A stretch of DNA of 20,682 nucleotides. Origin: Chiloscyllium plagiosum. Its lineage: Eukaryota. The notes under the pieces were generated by a model. That model was not told the origin of the DNA and ran no database searches. It saw nothing but the letters and a program-made list of their open reading frames with translations. This document shows positions 1-11,149 of this stretch, piece by piece. Both the position numbers and the translations under genes were made by a program. Location: the NCBI RefSeq assembly GCF_004010195.1, contig NC_057719.1, positions 119,637-140,318 of the forward strand. Direction: 5' to 3'. Numbering within the stretch: position 1 is the stretch's first letter; each line of letters opens with the position of its first letter.

Positions 1-359
1 ATATAATTAATGGCACGGCCCTGGGTAATGTTATAGAACAGAGAGACCTAGAGATTCAGGTACATAATTCTTTGGAAGTTACATGATAGGTAAACAGGGT
101 GGTTAAGACGACATTTAGAATGCTCGCCTTCTTTGCTCAGACCATTGTGTATAGGCGTTGGGATGTCAGGTTGAGGTTGTACAGGACATTAATAAGGCCA
201 CTTTTGGGGTACTGTGTACGGTCCCGGTTGCCCTGCTATAGGAAGGATATTATTAAATTGGAGAAGGTTCAGAAAAGATTTACCAGGATGTTGTCCGGAA
301 TAGGTGGGAGGGCTGGGACCTTTCTCACTGGAGCATAGGAGGTTGAGGGGTGATCTTAT
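1..359 (+). mobile_element. CR1-clade LINE fragment (ORF2 C-terminal region)
   Basis: LRLYRTLIRPLLGYCV...YRKDIIKLEKVQKRFTRM is the typical CR1 ORF2 C-terminal motif; decayed and truncated. Confidence 0.85.
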
Positions 360-859
360 ATCAGTGTCAGATCTAAAGAATCAATCCTTAACTCTGAGGT
401 TGTACGCTTTGGTGTTAGTGTCTCTTACGAGTGGAAATATCTCCATGTTCACTTTATGCAGACCTCTCAGTTTTCTGTAAATTTAAATCAGATCCTCACT
501 CATCCTTTTAAATTCCATCGAGTACAGACCCAGAGTTCTCAACTGTTTGTCATATCACAAGCCCTTCAGCCCCAGGATCATTCTTATAAACCTCCTCTAG
601 ATCCCCGCAAATGTCAGCGCACATCCTTCCTCACATACAGGGCGCAAAACTATTCACAACATTACAAATGGTGTTGAACCAGAGGCTTGTACTGCTGAGG
701 CTGTATATCTCTGCTCTTGTATTCTAGCCCTCCTGAAATGAATGCTAACATTGCATTGGACTTCCTAACTGTCAAATGAACCTGCATATTAACCTTGGGA
801 TTCCAAGCTCAGAATTCTCCAAAGTCCCTTTGCTCTTCAGATTAATGTGAGGAAGATGA

Positions 860-1203
860 TGGCATGGTGGTATTTATCACTATACTATTGACCCAGGTGA
901 TGTTCTGGGTCCTAGGTTCAAATCCCACCATGACAAATGGCAGAATTTTAAATTCAATAAAAATCTGAAATTAAGAATCTAATGATGACCGTGAATCCAT
1001 TGTCAATTGTCGGAAAAACACATCTTGTTCACTAATGTCCTTTAGGGAAGGAAATCTGCTATTTTTACCTGGTGTGGCCTACATGTGGCTTCAGACCCAC
1101 AGCAATTTGGCTGACTCTTAACTCCCCTCTGGGCAACTAGGGGTGGGCAATAAATGCTGGCCTAGTCAGCGATACCCTCACCCTGTGAATAAAATTTTTA
1201 AAA
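860..1203 (+). mobile_element. tRNA-derived SINE with LINE-derived tail
   Basis: A-box-like GGCATGGTGG, B-box GGTTCAAATCC, and tail GGGCAATAAATGCTGGCC...GTGAATAAAA shared with the fragment at 1296-1514. Confidence 0.75.
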
Positions 1204-1295
1204 TCCCCAAAGCCTTTCCCAGTTTAGAAATTAGTCTACACGTTTAGTCTTCCTACCAAAGTGCTTAACCTCACACTTTCCCACATTGCTAGTTC

Positions 1296-1514
1296 CCCTC
1301 CAAGCCACTCACCATCCTGACTTGGAAATATATCGCCATTCCTTTATTGTCGCTGTGCTCTCCCTAAGGCCATTGCAGATCAACCTACAGCCTATGGACT
1401 GCAGCAGTTCAAGGCAGCAGCTCACCACCACCTTCTCAAAGGCAACTTGGACCAGGCAATAAATGCTGGCAAGCCAGCGACACTCATGTCCCACGGGTGA
1501 ATTAAAAAATAAAT
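1296..1514 (+). mobile_element. 3' end of a non-LTR retrotransposon (putative partner LINE of the SINE at 860)
   Basis: GCAGCAGTTCAAGGCAGCAGCTCACCACCACCTTCTC followed by GCAATAAATGCTGGC...GTGAATTAAAAAA; ATTG occurs at both junctions. Confidence 0.7.
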
Positions 1515-1659
1515 ATTGTATTACATCTGCCACTTCTTTGCCCACTCTCCTACTCTGTCCAAGTTCCTCTGCAGCACCCTACTTCCTCAACACAATCTGT
1601 CCCTGCACCTATCTTAGTGCCATCCACAACTAAGTTAATTCTAAGACCACTGCTAAGGA

Positions 1660-1910
1660 CAGTTAATAGTCAACCACAATAATGTAAGACTGGAATCAAA
1701 CAGGCTCAGACGAGATGAGGATAGCAAGTTTCCTCCCCTACAGAACATCACTGAACCAGTTGGGGTATTATTACAATCCAACAGATCACCTTTTCCTGAG
1801 ACCAGCCTCATATTTCTAGGTTTTAGTTATATCTGGATTTAAACACTCAGATGTTTCATGACGGCATTTGAATTCTCAATCAATGAATTACTAATTACTA
1901 TATATACCAC
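1660..1910 (-). mobile_element. Degraded SINE related to 860-1203
   Basis: Its reverse complement aligns by eye to the core at about 1000-1120 (TTCACTAATGTCC..AGGGAAGGAAA...TGACTCTTAAC). Confidence 0.6.
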
Positions 1911-1978
1911 ATACAGGAAACTCAAACTGTGAGTTACCATCTCATTCACATACACACAATTCTCTCATATACTCTCAC

Positions 1979-2151
1979 CTTGGTATCAGTGTATATGCTC
2001 ACAAGCCCATGTGACACATTAAGAAGGATCGACAGAAAGCTCTGGCAATTCTTGTTCGGTTGTTCAACTTTCTTTTTACGACGTGAACGGTGGGCAGGGT
2101 CAGTACTAGGGCAAAACTGCAGAGTCTCTTCATCAGAACCACTCTCGTCAT
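1979..2151 (-). CDS. ATG2B: ATG2B internal exon I (173 nt)
   Basis: (D)DESGSDEETLQF...RSRRKKK...QSFLSILLNVSHGLVSIYTDTK. Acceptor GTTTTCTAG|AT, donor AAG|GTGAGA; phases 1/0. Confidence 0.93.
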
Positions 2152-2924
2152 CTAGAAAACACATGTAAGGAATCATGGGTCAGGTAATCTTCAGGACATA
2201 CCATCCAGGCAAATGCTACAGCTTTCCCTGCCAAAAGTGAGGCGGCGAATATGCAGCAGCTAAGGCAGCATATGAAACAGGATAGAGATGATGTCAAGGT
2301 AGAAGCCAAAACATTAACCTGTCTTTCCATTACTCACCTTGATTCTGCATTGTTCTTCCAGTTTTGCCTAACCTCATTACATTCCACCAACCAGTCACTC
2401 CCTTCTTGCCCTCTCAGCACATTGATTTTTTTAAACATACATTATTAAATCATAAACACTTCGAGTAAAAGAGGCAATTTGGCACATTGCGATCTTGCTG
2501 GCTGTTTGAAAGAGTTTTTCAATGACTCTCACTCCCTGTGCTTTCCCTGATGTCCTGAAATTTTTACTTTTCCCTTCAAGAATTGTGACTTTTGGAGGTT
2601 ACTCTTGAATTTGCTTCCATTGTCCTTTCAGGCAAAGCATTCCAGATCAGAAGGCCATTTCTCTCATTGCTCCTTCTCTGGATTTTTTGCCAATTGTCTG
2701 AAATCCTCCAGTTAGCAATGCTTCTACCACAGGCAATAGTTTAACTCACACAATCCCTCAACTTGCAGTGACTCTGTATCATCTGGTAACCAGGTTTACT
2801 CAAAGGAGAACCCCAGCTTCGTCTTATTACAGTCTGACTTTGCATTTTGCTAAGGTAGTCAATATGTGGGATGTAGGGACATTAAGCAATACTCTGTTCC
2901 TCTTCACAATACTGGGAGTGATAG

Positions 2925-3135
2925 CAACACAGGAACAGGACTAGGCCATTCAGCCCCTTGAGGCAGTTCCACCATTCAATGAGTTTATGGCTGATCTGTG
3001 GCCTAACTCCATATACCTGTCTTTGGCCCATATCCTTTAATATCTTTGCTTAACAAAAAAAAAAATCTCAGATTTAATACTATCAATTTATCCAGCATTC
3101 ACAAGTGTTTGTGGAAGAGTGCTCCAAACATCTAC
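2925..3135 (-). mobile_element. CR1-type LINE 3' tail
   Basis: TAGGCCATTCAGCCCC...ATGGCTGATCTG tail, similar to 9245-9520. Confidence 0.65.
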
Positions 3136-3234
3136 TGCATAAAGCATGCAGCCCCTGCCTTCTGAGCTAATGTGAATGATAGGAGTTACATGGACCTGAA
3201 TCAAAACAGTGTGTAGGGTGGTGTGATACTGTAC

Positions 3235-3398
3235 CGTCCTGGAGGAGGAGTGTTGACTTGAGTTGAGGGAGATTCTCTTTGTTGAATGCGTTGATTAACT
3301 GGCTGGCTACAGACAGTCCAACCCCGTAAGTAATGTTCTCAACAGTCTCGACAGGAGATGGGGCAGCAGGCTCCCATAGTAACAAATCATTATTTATT
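3235..3398 (-). CDS. ATG2B: ATG2B internal exon H (164 nt)
   Basis: INNDLLLWEPAAPSPVETVENITYGVGLSVASQLINAFNKENLPQLKSTLLLQD. Acceptor TTACTACAG|A, donor ACG|GTACAG; phases 2/1. Confidence 0.93.
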
Positions 3399-4713
3399 CT
3401 GTAGTAAGCGTAATGAATAACACAAATAAATTATTACATAAAGATAGCATTTGTCTTAACATACTGCTTTATCACATCTTCAGGATGTTCAAAATCAATA
3501 ATATACACAGAAATGTAGAAATTAGTAGCAGGAGTAGACCATTCATCTCTTCAAGCCCACTCTCCCAAATATCCAATATGACCATGGCTGATCAACCAAC
3601 TCAGTATCCGGTTTCTGCTTTATACCTAACTCCTTGTGAAAATATTTGAAATGCAGTTTGAAATGTGGGCAGACAGACACAACAGGTGTTGGTTGAGGAT
3701 GGAGTATTGTCTTACAGTCCAGAAAACCCCTGCTCCTCACAACAATCAGAGTACAGAGTACAGCAGAACAGAAAAAGGCCCTTCAGCCCATCATATGTGT
3801 TGATAATCAAGCACCTAGGTACCCTAATCCCATTTCCCAACTCTTGCCCCATAGGCAAGGGGGCAATTGGACTTTTAACACCCATTAGAACAAGACGATC
3901 ACACATCATTATACCTCATTCTGATGAAGCCTGACAAGGTATAAACAGAGAACATAGCATATAGAATTAGGCCAATCAGCCTATTGGGACTGCTCCACCA
4001 TTCGACCACAGCCGATATGTTTCTTAACCTCATTCTCCTGCCTTCTCTCCACAATCCTTGACTAACTAAGAATCTCTCTGTCTTAAATACACTCACTGAC
4101 TTGCCCTCCACAGCCCTCTGCATCCATGTATTCCACCGATTTGCCATCCTCTGGCTAAAGAAATTCTTCTTCATCTCAGTTCTAAAGAACCTCAGGTCCT
4201 AGTCTTTTCTACTTATGGAAACATCTTCTCCACATGCACTCAATCCAGGCCTCTTAGAATTCTGTAAGTTTCAATGAGATCGACCCTCATCTTTCTGAAC
4301 CCCATCAAGTACAGACTCTGAGTCCTCAACCACCCCTGATATGACAAACCTGTCAGCCCCAATCATTCTTGTAAATCTCCTCTGGATCTCCTCCAATGCC
4401 AGCAGTTCCTTCCTTAGATACAAGCACCAAAACTGCTCAAATACTCTGAATGTGGTCATTCCAGACCCTTAAACAGCCTCAGCACAACATCTCTGCTCTT
4501 GTATTCTAGCCATGTTGAAATGAATACTAACATTGCATTTGCTGTCCTAACTGGCAACTGAATCTACATGTTAACCTGAAGAGAATTCTGAAATAGGAGT
4601 CCCCAAGTTTCTTTGTTTCAGATTTCCATAGCCTTTCCCCATTTAGAATACAGTCCATGCCCCTATCCTTCCTATCAAAGTGCACAACTCCACACTTTCA
4701 CACATTGCATTCC

Positions 4714-5806
4714 CTCTAATTGGATACAAAATTTGCTTGATGGTAGGAAGCAGAGGGTAATAGTGTAGAGATGCTTGTTGGACTGGAGGCCTGTGACTAG
4801 TGCAGTGCCTCAGGGGTTGGTGCTGGGCCATTACTGTTTGCTATCTATATCATTTATTAATCATGCCTTGTACATTCTCATCCAAATCAGTTTGCTGATG
4901 ACATTAAAATCGGTGGTATTGTGGACAGTGAGGAAGGTTATCAGAAATTGCAGCAGGACCTTGATCAGCTGGGGAAATGGGTCGAGAAATGGCAAATGGA
5001 GTTTAATATAGATAAGTGTGAGGTCTTGCATTTTGGAAAGTCAAATCAAGGTAGGAGTTTCATGGTGAATGGTAGGGCCTTAAGGAGTGTAGTGGAACAG
5101 AGGGAACTTGGAGTTCAGGTTCACAGTTCTCTGAACGTGAAGCCCCAGGTAGACAGGGCAGTGAGGAAGGCTTTTGGCACATTGACCTTCACCAGTCAGG
5201 GCATTGAGTATAGAAGTTGGGAAGTTATGTTGCAGTTGTATAGGACGTTGGGGAGGCTGTACTTGGAATACCGTGTTCAGTTTTGGTCATCTTGTTACTG
5301 GAAGGATGTTATTAAACTGGAAAGAGTGCAGAAGAAATTTACAAGGATACTGCCAGGAATCAATGATCTGAGTTATAGGGAGAGGTTGGACAAGCGAGGA
5401 CCTTTTTCTTTAGAGCAAAGGAGACTGAAGGGGGAACTGATAGAGGTGTAGAAGATCATGAAAGGCATGGATAGGGTGAATTCACTCAGTCTTTTTCCCA
5501 GGGTTGGGGAAATCGATGACTAAAGGGCATCAGTTTAAGGTTAGAGGGGAGAGAATAAAGAGGGAACCTGAGAGGTAATCTTTTCATACAGCGAGTGGCA
5601 CGCATATGGAATGAGCTACCAGCAGAAATGGTTGTGGCGGTACACTAACAACATTTAAAAGGCATTTGGACAAATACATGGATAGGAAAGGTTAGAAGGG
5701 TATGGGCCAAGTGCAGGGAAATGGGGTTAGTGTGGATGGACATTTTGGTCAGCATAGATCAGTTTGGGCCAAAGGGCCTGTCTCTGTGCTGTAGGACTCT
5801 ATGATT
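4714..5806 (+). mobile_element. 5'-truncated CR1 (HER1-like) LINE nested in the older CR1
   Basis: VPQG.VLG motif, FADD-like segment, a 176-aa ORF (4921-5451) with LQQDLD.L..W..KWQMEFN..KC and LERVQKKFTR, and a tail GGGCCAAAGGGCCTGTCTCTGTGCTGTAGGACTCTATGATT. Confidence 0.9.
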
Positions 5807-8080
5807 CAACCTCTTCTTTGCCCGCTCTCCTGGAATATCCAAGTCCCTCTGCAGCCTCCTCATCTACTCAACACCACCTATTCCTCCATCTATCTCTGCA
5901 TCATATACAAAGATGGTAACAACGCACTCAGTTCTTTCATCCGGATTGTTAATGCATAACGTGAATAGTTGTGGTCCAAACGCGGACACCTGCAGAACTC
6001 CACAAGTCACTGACTGCCATCCTGAAACAAAAATCCTTTATCCCTACTTTCTGCCTCCTGCCAGTCAACCAATCCTCTATCCATGCCAGTACCTTACCCT
6101 TAACACCATGGTCTCTTACCTTATTTAGCAGCTTCTTGTGCAGCACCTTGACAAAGGCCTTCTGGAAATTCAAACAGATCATGTCCACTGGCTTTCCTTT
6201 TGTCTAACCTGCTCACCACCACTTCAAACAATTCTAACAGATTTGTCAGGCGTGACCTCCTTTTGATGAAGTTGTGCTAATTCAGCCCTATTTTAACATG
6301 CACTTCCAAGTGCTTTGTAGTCTTATCCTTAATAATAGACTTTAAAATATTACCAACAATTGAAGCCATAGTTTCCTGTCTTCTGCCTCCCTCCTTTCTT
6401 AAACAGGAATGTTATATTAGCCATTTTCCAGTCCTCTGGGATCCTCCCTGGCTCCAGTGATTCCTGAAAGATCACTACCAATGTCTCAAGAATCTCCTCA
6501 GCTATTTCCTTCAGAACTCTGAGGTGTAATCCACCTGGTCAAGTTGACTTATCCATTTTAAGAGCTTTTAGCTTCCTCAGCACATTCTCCTTAGTGATTG
6601 CCACTACACTCACCTAGCCTCTGTTCTCTTGAAGTTCCGGTAAGCTACTGATGTCTTCCACTGTGAATACTAATACAAAGTATCAATTCAAATCCTCTGC
6701 CATTTTTTTGTTCCGCATTACTATTTTTCCAGCCTCATTTTCCAGTGGTCTAATGTCCACTTTTGCCTCTCTCTTACCTACCAGATATCAAAAATTTTTT
6801 GCTATCTTCTTTCATACTACCAGCTGTCTTACACTCATATTTCACTTCCTCCCCTCCTGACTGTATTTTTAGATATCCTCTGCTAGTTTTTAAAGGCTTC
6901 CCACTAATTTTCACCACATTGCATGCTCTTTCTTTTGCTTTTACACTGCCCCTGACTTCCCTCATCAGCGGTGGTTGCCTCATCCTCCCCTTAGTATGTT
7001 TCGTTTTCCTTGGGATGAATTTCAGCTGTGCCTCCCGAATTACCCCAGAAACTTGTACCATTGCTGCTCCATCTTCTAATCAACCCTGGCCAGCTCCTCA
7101 CTCATGCCATCGTAGTTCCCTTACTCAGTTATAATACTGTTACATCTGATTCCAGCTTCTCCCTCTCAAACTACAGCGTGAAGTCTATCATATTATGGTC
7201 ACTGCCCCCTAGAGGTTCTTTCTCCTTAAGCTCCCTAACCAAGTCTGCCGTGCTGCATATCTCCAAATCCAGAATTGCCTATTCCCTAGTGGCCTCAACC
7301 ACAAACTGCTCTAAAAAACCATCGTGTGGACATTCCACAAATTCCTTTTCTTGGGATCTACTACCATTCTAATTTTCCCAGACCACCTGCATACTAAAGT
7401 CCCCCATGATGATTGTAATGGAGCTTTTCTTACACACATTTTCTATCTAGGAGTGGCCTGTACATATATCCCATTAGGGTCTTTTTGCTTTTGCAGTTGC
7501 TCAATTTTACCCACACAAATTCTACACATTTTGACCTTACATCACTGCTTGCTATTGATTTAACTTTGTTGACCCTGTATCAATTTGCTTGTGGCTTAAG
7601 TAGTAATCCAGAGATTATTATCCTTGTGGTTCTGCTTTTTAATTTAGCCCCTAGCTGCACGTATTCCCTCAGCAGAACGTTTTTTCTCTTTTTACCTGTA
7701 TTGTTGGCACGTATGTAGACCACTCCAAGTTCCTCTGCAGCCCAGATGAGGTATCCTGAACCTCAGCACCAGGCGAGCAACACAGCCTTCAAGACTCTCA
7801 ATCCTAGACATTGAAAACAGTGTCCATTCCTCTGTCTGTACTATCCCCAGTTAGAACTACATTTCCCTTTTCACTACCCACTCTTGAATGGCTCCCTGTA
7901 TCACAGTGCTATCATCAGTTTGGTCATCCTTCCTGAAGCCACCATTCTCATCCACACAGGAAGCAAGAGTCTTTAACCTGTTAGACAAGTTCGAGGGCTG
8001 AGGCTCCTTGAGCACTATCATGATTCCACTACTGCCTTGCACATAGCCACATCCTTCTGTCCCTGACCAAACTTGATGTA

Positions 8081-8248
8081 CAGAGGAACCTCAATTATCC
8101 AAAGGACTAGGAGTATTTTGTTTGGTTAATTGAATTCCAGATAATCGAACGCTGGATAACATAGTTTAGCCGAGCATCAGGACCTTGGGATCTTGCTGGA
8201 TATTCCAATATTCAGGTAATCGAATGCCAGATAATCGAGGTCCCTCTG
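8081..8248. mobile_element. Non-autonomous Tc1/mariner-pogo (Tigger-like) MITE, 168 bp
   Basis: TIRs CAGAGGAACCTCAATTATC / GATAATCGAGGTCCCTCTG (17/19 match), TA on both flanks (8079-80, 8249-50), internal GATAATCGA repeats. Confidence 0.85.
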
Positions 8249-8479
8249 TAGTTAATCAAAGTGCTGTGACTGCCTCCTGAATCAGTGTCCAGGTAACTCT
8301 CCCCCTCCTTGATATGTCACAGTGTTCAAAGCTCAGACTCCAGCTCATCAACTCTGAGCTAGAGCTCCTCAAACCATAAGACCATAAGAATATAGGAGCT
8401 GAATTAGGCCATTCAGTCCATTAAGTCTGGTCCGCCATTCAACCAACACTTGCCACAGAGAGACTGCTCACTCTGGCTG

Positions 8480-8780
8480 GAAAATCTAGAACACTGGGGC
8501 ACAGTCTCAGAATAAAAGACCAATCATTGAGGACCGGGATGAGGGAACATTTGTCATTCACAGCGTTGTGAATCTTTGAAATGGTCTACGATAAGGTGGT
8601 ACAGATTCCACAATAGAGTTTACTTAAGATTTAAACAGACTGATTTTTGGTCTCCCAAGGAAGGAAGAGGTATAGAGTGGAGATGGAAAGGTCAAGTTGA
8701 GGTAGACGCTTGACCATGATCGCCTTGAATAGCAGGGCAGGCTTGACAGTTTGTATGGTCTATTTCTATCTCCTTTTCTT
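8480..8780 (+). mobile_element. CR1 LINE 3' fragment
   Basis: TCTAGAACACTGGGGCACAGTCTCAGAATAA (TRGHSL-like), GTTGTGAATCTTTG and a GCAGGCTTGA tail. Confidence 0.7.
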
Positions 8781-9244
8781 CTGTTCAAAACATGGAACTT
8801 TTACACGGCATTCCCTCAGCACTGCAACGTACAAGGGCTGAAGTCCCCAGATTGAGGCTTGAAATCACTGACTCAAAGCAAAATAGAAAATGTAACAAAA
8901 CAGTTCATGCAGACAGCAATGGTTTTTCATAAATCATGAAACTAAACAATGAAATCTAATACATAATCAAACTTTAAGCAAAACAAATGTAAAATTTGGT
9001 GGTTTTTAAGACCTTCACCCCATATTTTTGCAATTGCTGGAGACATGTTGTGGCTAGGTTGCTGGATTAGTGATTCCAGAGTCCAGATTTATAATTGAGT
9101 AGAATATGAGAATACTAGATTGAAAATTTAAACTTGACTTTTAATAATCAGGGAGTGAAAACCTGGCATTAGGAAAAATGATCGTGGAGCTGCTTCATTT
9201 TCTTGAGAGTGGGAATATGTGCCGATATGGCTCGCATTTGGCAC

Positions 9245-9520
9245 ATGAACAGCAGTAGGCCATTCAGTCCCTCAAGCCTGTTTCACCAATCAACGAGATC
9301 ATGGCTGATCTGAGGCCTAACTTCATAAAACTGACTTTGGCTCACATCCCTTAATACATTTGCTCAACAAAAATTTATCTATCTCAGATTTAAAACTGAT
9401 AACTGATCCAGCATCTACTGGCTTGCAGAAGAGAGTTCCAAATACCTATAGACTTTGTGTGTAGAATTGCTTTCCAATATCTCTCCTAAATGGTCTGGCC
9501 ATTATTCTTAGACTGTGCAC
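9245..9520 (-). mobile_element. CR1-type LINE 3' tail, apparently inside a degraded SINE (about 9040-9640)
   Basis: Similar to 2925-3135. The flanks resemble the head (about 9040-9200) and tail (CACTGGCCTTGCC...GAATGACTAAAAA) of the 860-type SINE. Confidence 0.6.
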
Positions 9521-9745
9521 CAACTATGACTCCCAACATGATTGATGCTTTACAGGCCTGGCTGAACCAGAGTTGAGCAATCAGCACTGGCCTTGCCGGG
9601 AATACCACATTTTGAGAATGACTAAAAATGAAAATAATAACGATGCTGTATACCAAAAGGAGGGGTTGAGAGCCAAGAAAATAAAATAAAAACATTAACC
9701 ACAACCTCATTTGCTGCATTTAGATGGGAGAGACATTAGACTCGC

Positions 9746-9888
9746 CTGTTATACACCTTCTCATAGAACGCTTTGTTTGGCAGAGTAAGGTTGACATTAG
9801 GTAACATCAGTTCCAGTACGTAGTGGGACGTGCTTATGGTTTTATCCTGGAATTGACCCATTTCGAATTGATCCCCTGGCATCACCAT
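9746..9888 (-). CDS. ATG2B: ATG2B internal exon G (143 nt, GC donor), not in ORF track
   Basis: Manual translation MVMPGDQFEMGQFQDKTISTSHYVLELMLPNVNLTLPNKAFYEKVYN(R) matches recalled MVMPGD...SHYVLEL.LPN...LPNK.FYEK.YNR. Acceptor TCTCTGCAG|, donor CAG|GCGAGT; phases 0/2. Confidence 0.92.
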
Positions 9889-10264
9889 CTGCAGAGAGCA
9901 CACTGATCTAATGAGACAAACAGCGTTGTGGCCTTGTTGATCTACATCAACTGCACCTCCCTCTCCTACTCTCTGTCAGCAAGATGCAACACCCCATTGC
10001 TGAGAGTTTTACCAGTTTGGCCATGTTACAAATTGACTTGTTGTTATGTATCACACTGTGTTGAAGTCAGCATTTCCAGATGTAGAACAATTGAACTGTT
10101 CATAAAAACACTCTAGAGGTACTGTAATTGCTCATGAACCTGGACTTTCACAAGCTCAGCTAGGAAAGTCATATGGCAGCTGCTGTGTGAAATGGAAGGT
10201 GTGAAACTAACTCAGTGAGGCATATGCTTCTGACGCATGTTCACTGGATTAATTCATTACCAGA

Positions 10265-10539
10265 CACTGTGTTTGACCTGTCCTGGAAGAATTTGTTGGG
10301 GACAGTATAAGGGAACTATACTCTGTATCTAACTCTGTGCCATATATGTTTCGGGAGAGTTTTATTTGGACAGCATGGAGACAGTTTTATACAGTATCGA
10401 GCCCTGTGCTGTACCTGCTTTGAGAGTGTTTGATGGGGACAGTGTAGAAGGAGTTTTACTCTGTATCTAACCCTGTGCTGTTGCAGCCCTGGGAGGGTTT
10501 GATGAAGATAGTGCAGAGTGAGCTGTACTCTATAACTAA
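10265..10539. repeat. Minisatellite, four diverged copies of about 69 bp
   Basis: Units start at 10265, 10333, 10402 and 10471; approximate consensus CCCTGTGCTGTACCTGCCCTGGGAGTGTTTGATGGGGACAGTGTAGAGGGAGCTTTACTCTGTATCTAA. Confidence 0.85.
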
Positions 10540-10765
10540 TCTGCTAAAAAGTGCATAATCTTAACCTGTCTGCCTATAATGTGAAGTGATCCATTCGTTA
10601 CCACGACTTTCTTCATGCTGGTATTCAAAGAATTGAGTTCAAGTAGTGAATTGGACTGGAATCTTGTTTGTGCCACACGCCTAATGGTAAACATCAACAA
10701 GAATTGATACCAAGATTAAGATTTCCCCATTTCGTCTAAACAGGTATGAGAAGTAATGCTCCCAC

Positions 10766-10958
10766 CTCTTCATTTTCATACATGACTCTTCGTGAAGAAA
10801 AAGGTGATGGCTCTTGCTTTCCCAAATCACAAACGTCCTTCAGGGAATGGCTCCCACCTTCTTCGTCTTCCAGTAAGTGACTGCCAGGTTCCTCTTCCTC
10901 TGTCGTTATTCGCTCCAAGATGGAATGCACCACTGTCGGATTCACCTTCAATACAACC
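10766..10958 (-). CDS. ATG2B: ATG2B internal exon F (193 nt)
   Basis: VVLKVNPTVVHSILERITTEEEE...EEGGSHSLKDVCDL...PSPFSSRRVMYENEE. Acceptor TTTTGTCACTAG|G, donor GAG|GTGGGA; phases 2/0. Confidence 0.94.
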
Positions 10959-11149
10959 CTAGTGACAAAATCCCCATGGTATCAGTACAGACTGAATGTT
11001 AATTTAGCATTATGGCAACAAGATATGGACATAACATTCTAAGTCACACAAAGCCATGAGAATCAGATGCGATCCTAGCAGAAATTCTCCAACGATTAAA
11101 AGCAAATCGAGATATACAGATAGCCCAATACTCTGGAGGAAGCTAATTG

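Larger units (their letters stand above)
362..1630 (-). mobile_element. CR1-clade LINE fragment, interrupted twice
   Basis: Colinear with the minus-strand CR1 at about 4170-4713 plus 5807-5910. Interrupted at about 843-1206 and 1290-1514 by other elements. Confidence 0.8.
3945..8478 (-). mobile_element. Long decayed CR1 LINE spanning ORF1 to 3' tail, with nested insertions
   Basis: 3' tail at about 3945-4170. RT motif LNFQKAF..V.HKKLL.KV..HGV.GKVL.WIEDWL.GR.QKV at 5949-6188. Endonuclease IIMGDF-like motif near 7400. ORF1 esterase-like GDS and C.PGA.VQD motifs at about 7750-7850. LRVDELESEL coiled coil at about 8330-8370 and CGKC at about 8450. Interrupted at 4714-5806, 8081-8248 and about 8375-8440. 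Confidence 0.8.

Noticed and set aside
2332..2345. Consensus minus-strand donor AAG|GTGAGTAA
   Set aside because: No credible upstream acceptor, and exons H and I join in frame without it.
3908..3947. CTGATGA...AAAC hammerhead-like motif
   Set aside because: The GAAA box is absent (TATAAAC), stem II is weak and there is no PLE context.
4921..5451. 176-aa ORF as a standalone gene
   Set aside because: It is a residual open stretch of CR1 ORF2 in a 5'-truncated, frameshifted insertion.
10265..10539. CRISPR-like periodicity
   Set aside because: The whole 69-bp unit repeats with no unique spacers, there are no cas genes and the context is a eukaryotic intron.
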